From: Terriglobia bacterium
Lineage (GTDB): Bacteria; Acidobacteriota; Terriglobia; 20CM-2-55-15
NCBI GenBank assembly: GCA_965198225.1
Contig: CBDAOY010000008.1
Span: 608,001 to 672,000 of the forward strand
Direction of reading: 5' to 3'
Length of the DNA: 64,000 nucleotides
A program made the translations under genes and the position numbers. The first letter of the stretch is position 1. Each line of letters opens with the position of its first letter. Of this stretch, positions 38,295-48,613 are shown piece by piece. The notes beneath the pieces are model-generated. The model was given only the letters and a program-made list of their open reading frames with translations. It made no database searches and was not told where the DNA came from.

Positions 38295-39179
38295 CTAGAG
38301 CTCGAACGCGCCCGGGTCCCGCTGGGCCGGGCCACGGGTAGAGGCATGATCTTCGCCGGCGCCCAAGGCGCGAAGCACCCGCGCCTGGGCGGACCCGGTG
38401 GCGTGCACCACGAATCCGGCACGGGCCTTGGCCCGGATGGCGGAGGCGCTGTAGTGTCCGGAAGCCACCTCGATGTTGACGCGACCGGTCCGCCCATCCT
38501 CACCGGTGTACTCCAACTGTGCATCGGGGTAGTGCACACGGCCGTTTTCGTCGACAGGTAGGCCGAGTTCTTCAGCGGCACGGCGCCGCTCGGCATCGGC
38601 CGCTTGCCGGCCGTCCCGCACCCGGGCGGTTTCGCTACGGCGGGCGATCATGCTCTTCAACTCGTTGTCGAGCCGGACGTGCCGGAGGGTGGCGCCGTGT
38701 CCGGACAGGCGCTGCTGCTCCCGCCCGCAGGCCCGATAGATGGCGGTGTCGTGGACGATCTGGGCGCGTTGGACGAGCCCGGATTCGAATTGTTGTCCGG
38801 AGTCGAGATCCTGCTCGGCGGCGATATCGCGGGCGGTGTCCGCCCCTCGTGCAGTGAGCGTCAAGACCTTGAATGGATTCCCCTTCGGGCCTGTGGCCGT
38901 GGACTCCCGCGCGAGTCCTTCCTCGATCCACCCGTTCACGGCCCTCCGGGTGGTGTAGGGATGGCCGCCGAAGTGGGCCTCGGCCAGATCGCGGAACGAG
39001 ACACTGCGGTAGATCCCGACGTCGGCTAGGGCGCGGTTCGAGCGCTCGCGAAAGGACACCCGCTCGGCGTGCTCCCGGGGCTCGTACTCCCGGCGATGGC
39101 CGGCGCGCATGCGGTCGGCATGGCGGCTCTCCGGCGCGGGACTTCGATCCGATTCGATCATGCGGTCGAGCATCGTCAA
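38295..39179 (-). CDS. wHTH + PD-(D/E)xK protein (replication-relaxation-like)
   Basis: N-terminal wHTH (YRSVSFRDLAEAHF...VLTLTARG), IVHD and YPDAQLEY...VNIEVAS; paralog at 47037-47469. Confidence 0.6.
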   Translation of the reverse strand: MTMLDRMIESDRSPAPESRHADRMRAGHRREYEPREHAERVSFRERSNRALADVGIYRSVSFRDLAEAHFGGHPYTTRRAVNGWIEEGLARESTATGPKGNPFKVLTLTARGADTARDIAAEQDLDSGQQFESGLVQRAQIVHDTAIYRACGREQQRLSGHGATLRHVRLDNELKSMIARRSETARVRDGRQAADAERRRAAEELGLPVDENGRVHYPDAQLEYTGEDGRTGRVNIEVASGHYSASAIRAKARAGFVVHATGSAQARVLRALGAGEDHASTRGPAQRDPGAFEL

Positions 39180-39183
39180 TCCC

Positions 39184-40215
39184 TCAGCGACTCGGCCCGA
39201 AACTCCGCTCCGGAACGGGGAGCTTGTGCTGCGGCTGCATGGCGGCCTCAGGCTTGGCGGCGAGACGGGTGGCGACGGCCGCTACCGGCTCGCGCTCCGT
39301 TTCCCGTTCCCGGCTGCGGTCCATGACGAAGTCGGAGATCTTCTGGGCGTCGGCCGCGGCGCGGCGGATCTTGCGGGGGTCTTCCTTGAGCACCTTCACC
39401 CAGCTTTCGACATAGGCGGCGCCGCAGCTGGGGTCGTGGCCCACGCCCACCCGCTCGCCCGTCATCATGGCGCTGATCTCCGCGCGCAGCTCCTCCTTGG
39501 CATAGGCCTCCGATCCAAAGCCCGCCTTGACGCCCTCGGTCAACGATTCCCGGTTCATCCGGTCCGGGTGGCCGGTCGAGTGCCCCAGCTCATGCAGGGC
39601 GGTCTGGTAGTAGTGGTTGGCCGAGGGGAACTGCCCCTTCTCGGGCAGCACGATCTCGTCGCCGTTGACGTTGTAGTAGGCCCGGTCCCCGGCCACGTGG
39701 CGGATGGGAACTCCATTGGCTTCCAGGGTCTGTTCGGCCTTCTGGTGGGCCTTCCAGAGGGACTCGGCCGTGGGAGTGGGCCGGGCCGGGAGCCCGTCGG
39801 CCTGCTCCGCATTGAATACGGTGTATTGCTTGACCCAGGGTGTGGCGAGGCGTTCATAGCGGTAAACGCGCTTGCCTTCTTCGTCGGTCACGGGCTGTCC
39901 CCGCTCGTCGGTGACGGCGATCCGTTTGTGATCCTGGTAGTTGAGGATGCGGGTGCCCTGCTCGCCTTTGCGGACCTGGCCGCCTTGGGCCTGGATCTGA
40001 CGGTAGGTGCCCCAGCGGACGTCGCCGTAGCCTTTGGCCTGCGCCACGGCGGCCAGGTGCAGGCTGTTGCCTCCGGCATAGGGACGGCCGGTATCGACGT
40101 TTGCGGGCAGGACGCGCTCGCCCGGCTTCCAGGGCTTCTGCCATGGGGAGGTGCCCTGGCAGATCTGCTCGATGATCTGATCGGCGAACCGGCGATGGGA
40201 CTCTTCGGGTGTCAT
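39184..40215 (-). CDS. ardC: ArdC-like ssDNA-binding antirestriction protein with zincin-like domain
   Basis: PWQKPW, YAGGNSL, WGTYRQ, VRKGE, YTVFNAEQ, HELGHSTG and YAKEELRAE. Confidence 0.9.
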   Translation of the reverse strand: MTPEESHRRFADQIIEQICQGTSPWQKPWKPGERVLPANVDTGRPYAGGNSLHLAAVAQAKGYGDVRWGTYRQIQAQGGQVRKGEQGTRILNYQDHKRIAVTDERGQPVTDEEGKRVYRYERLATPWVKQYTVFNAEQADGLPARPTPTAESLWKAHQKAEQTLEANGVPIRHVAGDRAYYNVNGDEIVLPEKGQFPSANHYYQTALHELGHSTGHPDRMNRESLTEGVKAGFGSEAYAKEELRAEISAMMTGERVGVGHDPSCGAAYVESWVKVLKEDPRKIRRAAADAQKISDFVMDRSRERETEREPVAAVATRLAAKPEAAMQPQHKLPVPERSFGPSR

Positions 40216-40436
40216 GGTTCCACCCCCTTCTGAGCATCCCGGATCTCTTCTTCGCTGCCCACGTCCTCGGGGAAGAGGCCGTACTCTTCGGCGATCCAGG
40301 CCGGGATTTCGAGGGTCTCGTCCCCGTCCCGAGCCAACTCGCGGTCGAAGTCTTCGAGCGAGTTGACCCGTATGACCTTCTCTTCCGTCGTCATGTCTTC
40401 ACTCCTTGTCTCGTCCTTGGTTTCGTCATGCTTCAT
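40212..40436 (-). CDS. Small acidic hypothetical protein
   Basis: Overlaps both neighbours, GGGAG RBS. Confidence 0.55.
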   Translation of the reverse strand: MKHDETKDETRSEDMTTEEKVIRVNSLEDFDRELARDGDETLEIPAWIAEEYGLFPEDVGSEEEIRDAQKGVEP

Positions 40437-41391
40437 CGTGTTCCCTCCATATCGGCTCGGTGCGCCAACGGTTGGCGGCCGCGTCGTAGCCCTGAACCTC
40501 GAGCGCTTCCTCGACGAAGCGCTCGCCTCCTCGGCGCGTCATGTGAATCACCATCGCGATGCCGTCCACCACGCCTCGACATGTGACTTCCCAGGGAAGC
40601 TCACGGCCGCCTTGCATGGCGCAACTGGCTATCCTCGATAAGGCGCTCTCGGCGTTGTTGGCGTGTACGGTCGTGAGCGAGCCTCCGTGTCCGGTGTTAA
40701 GGGCTTGCAGCAGGTCCGCCGCCTCGCCGCCACGAACCTCGCCGACCACGATGTGATCCGGGCGGTGGCGCAAGGCGTGGCGCACCAGGTCCCGGATCGT
40801 CACCGCCCCTTCCTCTAACCCGCGCGCCTCGAATCGGACGCAATTGGGTCGCTCGATCCGAAGCTCCAGCGTGTCCTCGATGGCGACAATGCGCTCGTCC
40901 TCCGGCAGGAGTTCAATGAGCGCATTGAGCAACGTGGTCTTGCCCGATCCTGTGCCGCCCGAAACCAGGATGTTTCGCCGCGAGTGCAACACCCGCCCCG
41001 CTTCCGCCCGCACGTTTTCGGGGAGCGCGCCTTGTTCGACTAAATCCGCCGCCGTAAACGCCCGCTTGCCAAAGCGCCGAACTGTGATGGCGACCGTGGG
41101 GCTTGCGGGCGGAACACAGATGGCCACCCGCGAGCCGTCGTCCAGGCGCGCATCGACAATCGGCGAGCTTGCAGGGTCCAGGCCCAGAGGCCGGGCGATG
41201 TGGATGGCCGCCCGCACCAGGGCCGCTTCATTCAGATCCGGCGCGGGATGCTCCGTCAATCGTCCAGCCCGTTCCACCCAGACATTGCCGGGGCCGTTAA
41301 TCATGATCTCGCTCACTTCGGAATCTTCCAGGGCGCTCTCCAGGCCCGGTAGAAAAGGTTTCAGGTGTTCGAGACCGCTCACGGCGCTCAT
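40426..41391 (-). CDS. virB11: VirB11/TrbB/CpaF-family secretion ATPase
   Basis: VSEIMING, Walker A GGTGSGKTT, IEDTLEL, LRHRPDHIVVGEVRG and NTGHGG. Confidence 0.88.
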   Translation of the reverse strand: MSAVSGLEHLKPFLPGLESALEDSEVSEIMINGPGNVWVERAGRLTEHPAPDLNEAALVRAAIHIARPLGLDPASSPIVDARLDDGSRVAICVPPASPTVAITVRRFGKRAFTAADLVEQGALPENVRAEAGRVLHSRRNILVSGGTGSGKTTLLNALIELLPEDERIVAIEDTLELRIERPNCVRFEARGLEEGAVTIRDLVRHALRHRPDHIVVGEVRGGEAADLLQALNTGHGGSLTTVHANNAESALSRIASCAMQGGRELPWEVTCRGVVDGIAMVIHMTRRGGERFVEEALEVQGYDAAANRWRTEPIWREHDEA

Positions 41392-42383
41392 AGCTGCCCC
41401 GCTTCTTTCGCTCTCCAATAGGAGTGCTCCTGGGGCAGATAGTGAGGTTTCAGGTAGACCCGGCGCGGCTCCAGCGACTGCGCCCCGTCATAGGGGAGAC
41501 AGATCGCCTGGCAGTTCCCCAGCAAGGCGAAGTCTCGCGGGTGAAACACGGCCTCCCGGCGCTCCTGGAACGACTTGGTCGCGCCGATGGTCCCTCCGCC
41601 TCCCCCAGCGCGGCCCGAGAGCGGGGAGACTTCCGCCCGCCTGGAGGTCTCGCTGATCGTGTACGATCCCTTGATCTTCGCCACCTGCCCGCACAACTCC
41701 GACGCAATCCTGGTGGAGGCGTCGTCACTGAGCGACAGGAAGATGCGGGTGCGGAGTGTCTGCAACAGCGAGCGCCACGCTTCCGAGCTCCCCAGGACAG
41801 AGCGAAGAGAGGAAATCGACTGCGTGGCGACAATGGGGATGCAGCGGCATTGGCGGGTCAGGGCAAAGGATTTTTCATCACCCGAGGGGTCGTCCTCCCC
41901 CACCGAAGCGAAGGCCTGATATTCATCGCAGATAAAGACGGCGGGCCGGAAGTAGACGCCCGGCGACTCCTTCATCCGGGCCGGGCGCATGAGAAGCGCC
42001 TGGAGCCAGGCGTTCTTGAGCATCACCCCCACGGCACGGGCCAGCGCCGAATTGATACCGGCGGGCATGTTCAAAGCCAGCACCTTGCCCCCCTCGATCA
42101 GTTCATAGAGTGGGGGCAGATGGCGCACCCACGGCACCCACAGACCGATGACAAGCTTGACGACCTCCCACGGCTGAATGTTCCCGCTGTACACGATCTT
42201 CGCGCCGGTCAACACCACCACGATTGCGGCTAACCCTGTCCACAGCAGGTTTCCGGTCTCCAGCAGAGGGTTGGCCGCCGGACCGATGATTCCCTCCAGA
42301 ACGGTATCGAGAAACGACTTGAAATCCCGAAGCTGCTCCGGGGGGATCTGGGCCGGGATCGCTGGATCGAGTTGGATTTGCAT
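41388..42383 (-). pseudogene. In-frame chimera: TrbL/VirB6-like N-terminus fused to VirD4/TraG C-terminus
   Basis: The first ~86 aa are hydrophobic and VirB6-like. The remainder has the coupling-protein Walker B (FICDEYQAF) and ATQSISSL but no Walker A. Confidence 0.65.
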
Positions 42384-42395
42384 CGGCGTACCGGG

Positions 42396-43313
42396 TTAGT
42401 TTCCGCCGCCATAGAACGGATGAATCTGGAAGAGCAACCCTTCCCGCATCGCATCGCGCCGGGCATCGAGCCCGGCCTGTTGCGCGTCGAAGGTGACGCG
42501 CGCGCGGCGTTGGGCCTCGACCCATTCCGCCAGCGCCTCGCGCCGGGCGATCTCGCGTTCGTAATCTTTCGCCGCCGCCTTCGCCGCCTCGAACGCCATC
42601 AACTGCGCCATGGCAGCGGTGAGATTTCCCTGGGTCACGGTCCCGGCAACCTGCGATTGAGCGAGCGCGGTGTTGGAGGTATTGGTGTTGTTCCGCAGCC
42701 CTTCCCAGGAGGCCACGGCCTCTCGGGCCGCAATCATGAGATTCGCCGCCGCATCGCTCGTGGCGTGATCGAGGACCAGGCGTTTCTCGCCTTCCTCACG
42801 TGCCGCAAGGTAGCCCCGTGCCGCTCTCTGGGCCACGTCGGGCCGCTGGGAGTTGTACAGACCAATGATGTCGCTCTCTGTCACCGTGTCGGCGGCGGTG
42901 AGCCGCCCGCGCCACGATTGGGTAAAGCTGGTGCCGGTTTCGCCCATCTGTTCCACCGAGGACACCAACTCCGCAGCAACGCCGGTAAAATCGTTCTTCC
43001 ACGCGAGACCCGTGCCGATGAACCGCGTCGGTACCGAAGCCAAGTCGGTAAATGGATCGGTGAGCGCCCCGACACCTCCGAGCGCCTGTTCTTGCAGGTG
43101 GGTGAACTGATCCGTCATCTGGGTCAATTGCCCGTCCAGAGTGATCTTCGCCATGGTGTCCTTGTAGATCTGGATCCCCTGATTGGCGATCATCTGGGCG
43201 CGTTGGATGCCCGCAAGGATCGAGCCGAAGAGGGCATGCGCGGGCGTGGTGGCGAGCATGATGAGGACCGGAACCAGGAGCACAACGGTCAAGACTTTCC
43301 GGTACAGTTTCAT
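42396..43313 (-). CDS. TrbJ/VirB5-like conjugation protein
   Basis: Signal peptide (TTPAHA), helical and Q-rich; lies between virB10 and the virB6-like gene. Confidence 0.55.
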   Translation of the reverse strand: MKLYRKVLTVVLLVPVLIMLATTPAHALFGSILAGIQRAQMIANQGIQIYKDTMAKITLDGQLTQMTDQFTHLQEQALGGVGALTDPFTDLASVPTRFIGTGLAWKNDFTGVAAELVSSVEQMGETGTSFTQSWRGRLTAADTVTESDIIGLYNSQRPDVAQRAARGYLAAREEGEKRLVLDHATSDAAANLMIAAREAVASWEGLRNNTNTSNTALAQSQVAGTVTQGNLTAAMAQLMAFEAAKAAAKDYEREIARREALAEWVEAQRRARVTFDAQQAGLDARRDAMREGLLFQIHPFYGGGN

Positions 43314-43314
43314 T

Positions 43315-44664
43315 TCAATCTCCTTGTTGGGGCCGGGGAACCCGCACGTCGGACGTGAACCAGACGCGAAGCCGATGACCGGCCCGAATGGTGAGGGTGG
43401 GTAAACGATTCAGGAAACGATCCAGGATGCGCGTCGCGGCCTGGCCGAGCCCTTGTCCGGCCCCAGCCTGAAGGCTCTGCTGCCCGCCGCCATAGGGATT
43501 GGAGCCGCTCAAGGTCAGACCGCTCAGGATGCCGACCGCGCCAATGGCGGCGAACGTGGACAGGTAATGGCGGTTGACCTGATCTTTCAAGGCTCCCTCG
43601 CCGACCTGATTGAGGCCGTTGAATTCCAGCGACACCCAATGCCCGTCCGGATAGATCAAACGGTGGAAACTGACGGCAAGGCGCGATTGGTCCTGATTCG
43701 CCACGGCCTGAGCCGTGCCCACGACTCGCGCCCCTCGCGGGACTAAAATCCGCTGCCGGTCTGCCGAGTAAAAGGGCACCGAAACCACGGCCAGCACCGG
43801 GCCGGGAAAGTCGCCGGAAAGCTGTGTGACCAGCGCTGCTTCCAGGAACGAGCCTTCATAGATCCGTTCCCAGCCGGGAGGATCTTCCGGCTCCCCGACC
43901 CGCGCCGGGGAAGAGTAATCGCGCGGTGGCGCCGGCACGCCCGCCGCGCCCGGTGAAGCGACTGCGGGGAACGCCGCTGCCGCCGTCCCGCGAAGTGCTT
44001 CGATAAACGCCTGATCCGCCCGGGCCTCCGCCTCGACTTGATCCTCCAGGCCGGTTGTGACCGTTCCAAGCGTGTCGAGCGCCTGTTCGAGCGCCGCAGT
44101 TCCTTCCGCTCTCATGGCCTCGGCCGGGCTTTCGGTTTCAGTCCCTTGTGGCCTGGCAATCCCTGCCGTCTCGCCTACTTGCCGGTAGGTCTCGGCGAGG
44201 GGCGAACTGCGAAGCGAACGGCTCCGCCGCTCGATCGCTTCCAGGCGCAAGCGTTCGCGGAGTTCCCATTCTTCTTCGGTGTAGGGCTGGCCGGTGTCGG
44301 GACTGGGCCCGACCAGGAGCATCGCTTCATCCACGCTCACCTGTCCCGCACCGATCCCGCCCCCGGTGTCTCCCTGTTGCAGCCGTTGCTGCCCCAACGC
44401 CCGCTCTGCCGCTTGCCGGCGGGTCTCCGCCCGGAGAGCTTCGGCCTCGACCTGCGAAGCCATCCGATCCGCGAAACTCCCCGCCGGTGCCTGCTCTGTT
44501 TCCGATCCCGCCGCAAGCTCCGCTTCCTCACCGCCGCCAAAATAGATGTAGGCGCTCAGAAGCAGGAGGACCAGGATGGTGATAATCCCGACGCCCCATT
44601 GAGTGACAATCCCGCCCGGCAGCGAGCCCGCCGGTTTCGCATAGAGCCGCCGCCACCCGCTCAT
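43315..44664 (-). CDS. virB10: TrbI/VirB10 protein
   Basis: TM helix, EGSFLEAALVT, GPVLAVVS, ILVPRGARVVG, DQVNRHY and PTLTIRAG. Confidence 0.88.
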   Translation of the reverse strand: MSGWRRLYAKPAGSLPGGIVTQWGVGIITILVLLLLSAYIYFGGGEEAELAAGSETEQAPAGSFADRMASQVEAEALRAETRRQAAERALGQQRLQQGDTGGGIGAGQVSVDEAMLLVGPSPDTGQPYTEEEWELRERLRLEAIERRSRSLRSSPLAETYRQVGETAGIARPQGTETESPAEAMRAEGTAALEQALDTLGTVTTGLEDQVEAEARADQAFIEALRGTAAAAFPAVASPGAAGVPAPPRDYSSPARVGEPEDPPGWERIYEGSFLEAALVTQLSGDFPGPVLAVVSVPFYSADRQRILVPRGARVVGTAQAVANQDQSRLAVSFHRLIYPDGHWVSLEFNGLNQVGEGALKDQVNRHYLSTFAAIGAVGILSGLTLSGSNPYGGGQQSLQAGAGQGLGQAATRILDRFLNRLPTLTIRAGHRLRVWFTSDVRVPRPQQGD

Positions 44665-45503
44665 GGTCCGATCTCCGGCGCGGTGAAGCGCCACCGGACT
44701 CTCTGTTTGCCGATCTGCAACCATCCGTCACCTAAGACGTGCCGGGCGATGTACAGCCCGTCCTCGCCCAGGTCGTAGGCCACGAGCGCCGGTTGGCCGT
44801 CTTTCTCTTCGTACAGTACGGGCGACTCCTGGGCGTTAGAGCGAAGGTAGGTAAAGCGCCCGTCATGCCACATCCCCTCGACCAGGAACGGCCACTTGAA
44901 CGCCTTGTCCTCTAATCGGTAGGAGAACTTGAGGCGGGTGGGATACTCCGCCCGGAACGCCTCGGTTTCTCCCGCCGCAAGCGCCACCGCGTCCGCGATC
45001 CGGGCATCGGCGTCCACCTGAGCGGCCCGGGCCGTCTCGATCGCCGACTCCGCCATTTGCCGGTAGGCCGCGACCTGGCTCCGTGCGACAAAGGCGGGCT
45101 CATGTCCAGCCGGCGAGATGCGCGGGTCGGCGTCCCCCTGCGCCTCGACGCGAACGACGAGGTGCGGATCTCCCTCGCCGCTCTCGGTGACGAGGAACGA
45201 ATAGATCCGCCCGGACGCGCACACGAGCGCGACGTTGGTCGTCACGCCCGCGGCGATGGGCTTGAGGAACGCCAGATTCGCGGCCCCGGTCAGGTGCCAG
45301 TACTCGGAATCGCCCACCACGAAATCCAGCACGGTTTCCGTCGCGGGAAGCACGATGACGGTGGTGTGCCGGGTCCGGGCCCGGATCTGGACGATTTGAT
45401 CCTCGGCTTCGATGATCCGCAACACCGCGTCTCCGTCCTGAGCGATCAACGGCACCGACAGGGTGAGGATCGCCGCCGCCACGAGTGGAATGATTTTCAA
45501 CAT
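44661..45503 (-). CDS. virB9: TrbG/VirB9 protein
   Basis: Signal peptide, HTTVIVLP, GDSEYW, AFLKP, TTNV and WHDGRFTYLR. Confidence 0.85.
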   Translation of the reverse strand: MLKIIPLVAAAILTLSVPLIAQDGDAVLRIIEAEDQIVQIRARTRHTTVIVLPATETVLDFVVGDSEYWHLTGAANLAFLKPIAAGVTTNVALVCASGRIYSFLVTESGEGDPHLVVRVEAQGDADPRISPAGHEPAFVARSQVAAYRQMAESAIETARAAQVDADARIADAVALAAGETEAFRAEYPTRLKFSYRLEDKAFKWPFLVEGMWHDGRFTYLRSNAQESPVLYEEKDGQPALVAYDLGEDGLYIARHVLGDGWLQIGKQRVRWRFTAPEIGP

Positions 45504-45506
45504 AAG

Positions 45507-47036
45507 CTACCTCCTCGATAGGTGTTCAATGGCCTCGGTCAGGCCGTATTTCTCCACCGCCTCGGCCCTTTTCTGGGCATCCACGGGCGAGGAGGTATAG
45601 AGCCAATAGCTGGCCGGATCGACTTCAAGGCGCAGGATGCCCGCCGCGTCGGTGCGGCGCAGGTAGAGCTCCCGTTTGGGGATCAAGCCCCGAATGGTGT
45701 TCACTTCCGAAGGGTTGAGGCGGAAGGTCTCGGCGGCTTTCTCCGGCAAGTCCGGGTTGGCGAGAAACAGCTTGGTCGGCATAGATTCCAACAACGCCTC
45801 CGCCCCGGCCGTCCCGGTCACGTCCACGGCGGATTGAGTCGCCATGATTAAAGCCGCGTTCTTCTTGCGCCAGGTCTTCGCGGCTTCCGCGAGATAGGAA
45901 AGCACGGCCGGGTCCTGCAGGTAGCGCCACGCTTCATCGACCACCATGAGTTTCACGCGGGCGGTCTCATCCGGGTTCTCCAAAGCGAGCCGCAAGCGTT
46001 CCAGGAGATAGAACAGCGCCGCTTCGCACAGGTCTTCGTGCTCCGCCGCGCCCGCCAGGTCGATCACCTGCCAGTCCTGGAAGTTGAGGTCGTCTCCGTT
46101 CGCCGGGTTGTCGAAGTATTTCGCCCACGCCCCGTCTCCGTGCCAGCGACCCAGAGCGGGCCACATCTTTGAGGGAAGCGAGCGGACCAACACCCCCAGG
46201 GTCCGCCGTTCGGGGGCGAAGGCGTACAGATCCTCGACACGGGCGCGGATCTCGCTCGGGTCTTCGCCACTGAGGTTCCACCCGCCGATCCTCAAGAGAC
46301 GCGAAATCCAGCCGGTGAGAAACTGGAAGGTCCGCTCCCCCGCCGGGAGCGAGAAGGGGCACAATCGAAAACCCGCGCCCCCGCCACCTTCGGGCGATAG
46401 CTCCATATAGCCTCCGCCGAGAAACTGCGTGAGCCAGCGATAGGAGCCGCCTAGATCGAGGATGAGCACACGCGGATCGTATTGGAGCGCTTGAACCAGT
46501 AGGAAATTGAGGGAGAAACTTTTACCCGCGCCGGTTGCGCCGAGCACCAGCGTATGTCCCACGTCACCCTGAAACAGATCGTAGTGATAAGGGGTGCGCC
46601 ACCGTGTTTCCAGGATCGCCAGCGCCGCCTTTCGCAAGTGGCCGCTTTGGGGTGTCCCCACAGGCGGACCGAAGATCGGAGCCATCGAAGCGACCACGCC
46701 CGCCGATACAAACACGGATCGGACCTGCCGCCGTCGCGGTTGGGCCGGCATCCGCGAGAACCAGGCCGGAAGCTGGCCGTAACCCTCCCGGATCACTTTG
46801 GCGTCATGGCTTGCGAAGATGCGGCGAATATCCCCGTCCAGGCTCTCGGTCTCAGATAACTCGCCGTGGATCGCCACGGTCAGGGCCAAGTCGCCGTAGG
46901 CGATCCCCTCCGACTCCAGCTCGACTAGGGCGTCGCCCAGCCGGTCGGATTCCGCCGCTGCCGCCGTGTCCTCCATCGCTACCGATGTGCCCTCGGTCTC
47001 CTGAACGTGCGCGGCCATCGAATAACGTTTCGAGAA
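45507..47036 (-). pseudogene. virB4: VirB4/TrbE ATPase, 5'-truncated
   Basis: GHTLVLGATGAGKS, VVDEAWRYL and ATQS. Only ~510 aa remain; the sequence upstream of FSKRYSMAAH is replaced by another gene. Confidence 0.82.
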
Positions 47037-47469
47037 GCTCCCCGTGTTTCACGAGCCCGCTCCATGCCTTCTGCTCCGGGTCGAGTCCTTGTTCGCGGGC
47101 GATCCCCTCCGCGCGCTCCACTCCGCGCCCGGTGAGCGTGAGCACCTTCCAGGTGCCGCCTTGCGGTCCACGGGCGGTATGCTCCCGGACGTGTCCGGCG
47201 CGAACCATGCGGTCCACGGCCCTTCTCGCCGCGTAGGGGTGCCCATCGAAATGCGCTTCGGCCAGGTCGCGGGTGGCGACACTGCGATACATCCCGACGT
47301 CCGCTACGGCCCGCCTCACACGCCCCTCGAAAGTCTGATGCTCCGTGCGCGGATCGTACTCGCGCCGGTGGCCGCGCTGCCGCCGCTGTTCTCGCTCGAC
47401 GCCAAGGTCGCGCCTGGGGCGGGTGATGGTCCTGCGGGGGTCGGGGGTGAAGTCTCGCGGATCGAACAC
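47037..47469 (-). pseudogene. Second wHTH/replication-relaxation-like gene, 3'-truncated
   Basis: ADVGMYRSVATRDLAEAHFDGHPY...KVLTLTGRG aligns with 38295-39179 up to SGLVKHGEL, then joins virB4. Confidence 0.75.
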
Positions 47470-47478
47470 GGTCCTTCC

Positions 47479-48564
47479 TTACCGGCCTGGCCCCATGTCT
47501 CGTTGCTGTTGTTGCGCGGGCTGTTCGGTGGGTTGCTTCGGGGCATGGCCAATCTGTGGGCCGCGAGCGTGAGAATATTGTCGGGTCCACTCCGCCGCCG
47601 TCTTCTCCTTGACCGGCGCTTCAACCTCGCGCTCGATCGCACGATCCATAAGGTAGTTGCTCATCTTTTGCGCGTCCCGCGCCGCTCTGTGAATCTCATG
47701 CGGGTCTTTTTCCAGGACTTCGACCCAACCCTTCACATAGGCGGCTCCGCGCTGCGGGTCATGCCCCACACCGATGCGCTCCCCCGTCATCATGGCGCTG
47801 ATCTCCGCCCGCAATTCCTCGCGGGCATACTCCGGCGATCCGAAGCCTTTCTCCAGGCCCTCTTTGAGCCTGTCCCGGTTCATTCGATCCGGGTGGCCGG
47901 TCGAGTGGCCGCATTCATGCAGCGCCGTCTGGTAGTAGCCGTTCCGGGTGGGGAACTGACTCGGTTCCGGGAGCACCACCTTGTCCTCGGCCATCCGGTA
48001 GTAGGCGCGGTCTCCGGCAACATGCTGCACGGTCGGCCCGGCCGCCTCGATCACCTTCTCCGCATCGCGGTGGGCGTCCCATGCGGGCCGTGCTTGTCGA
48101 GAGCGCGGCTTCAACTCCAATCCATCGGCCTGCTCGACATTGAACACCGTGTACTGCTTACAGATGGGATGGGAACGCTGCTCTTCTTCGTAGATCGTCT
48201 TGCCGTCCTTGTCCTTGAGCACCTTGCCTTGCTCGTCCTTCAAAGCCCTCTCCGTCCGGTCCTTGAAAAACAAGACCCTCGTCCCTTTCTCGCCTTTGCG
48301 AACCTGTCCCCCCGCCGCCTGGATCTGGTTGTAGGTGCCCCAACGGTTGTCGCCCCGTCCGTCGCGAATCGCCCGGCTCATGAGATAAAGGCTGTTGCCG
48401 CCCGTGTACTTCTGGCCGGTCGAGAAGTTCTCGGCGCTGATCGCCTCCCCCGGCTTCCACGGCTTCTGCCAGGGCGCAACTCCCGCCTTGATCTGTTCGA
48501 TGATCTCCCCGCTCACTTTCTTCGCGTAGTCCTCGCTACGCTGCCAGAACGTCTTTTTCTCCAT
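47479..48564 (-). CDS. ardC: ArdC-like antirestriction protein (second copy)
   Basis: PWQKPWKPG, WGTYNQ, YTVFNVEQ, HECGHSTG and YAREELRAE. Confidence 0.9.
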   Translation of the reverse strand: MEKKTFWQRSEDYAKKVSGEIIEQIKAGVAPWQKPWKPGEAISAENFSTGQKYTGGNSLYLMSRAIRDGRGDNRWGTYNQIQAAGGQVRKGEKGTRVLFFKDRTERALKDEQGKVLKDKDGKTIYEEEQRSHPICKQYTVFNVEQADGLELKPRSRQARPAWDAHRDAEKVIEAAGPTVQHVAGDRAYYRMAEDKVVLPEPSQFPTRNGYYQTALHECGHSTGHPDRMNRDRLKEGLEKGFGSPEYAREELRAEISAMMTGERIGVGHDPQRGAAYVKGWVEVLEKDPHEIHRAARDAQKMSNYLMDRAIEREVEAPVKEKTAAEWTRQYSHARGPQIGHAPKQPTEQPAQQQQRDMGPGR

Positions 48565-48613
48565 GCGCCCCCTCCGTTTCTCTAGTCATGCCGGTCGTGC
48601 CTGGCGGCGTTAA

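Larger units (their letters stand above)
36421..48600 (-). mobile_element. Degraded integrative conjugative element (T4SS type); far boundary not found
   Basis: Co-oriented virB4/9/10/5/6-virD4-virB11-ardC-xis-int genes ending next to a tRNA. The cargo may extend to ~54.7 kb. Confidence 0.8.
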
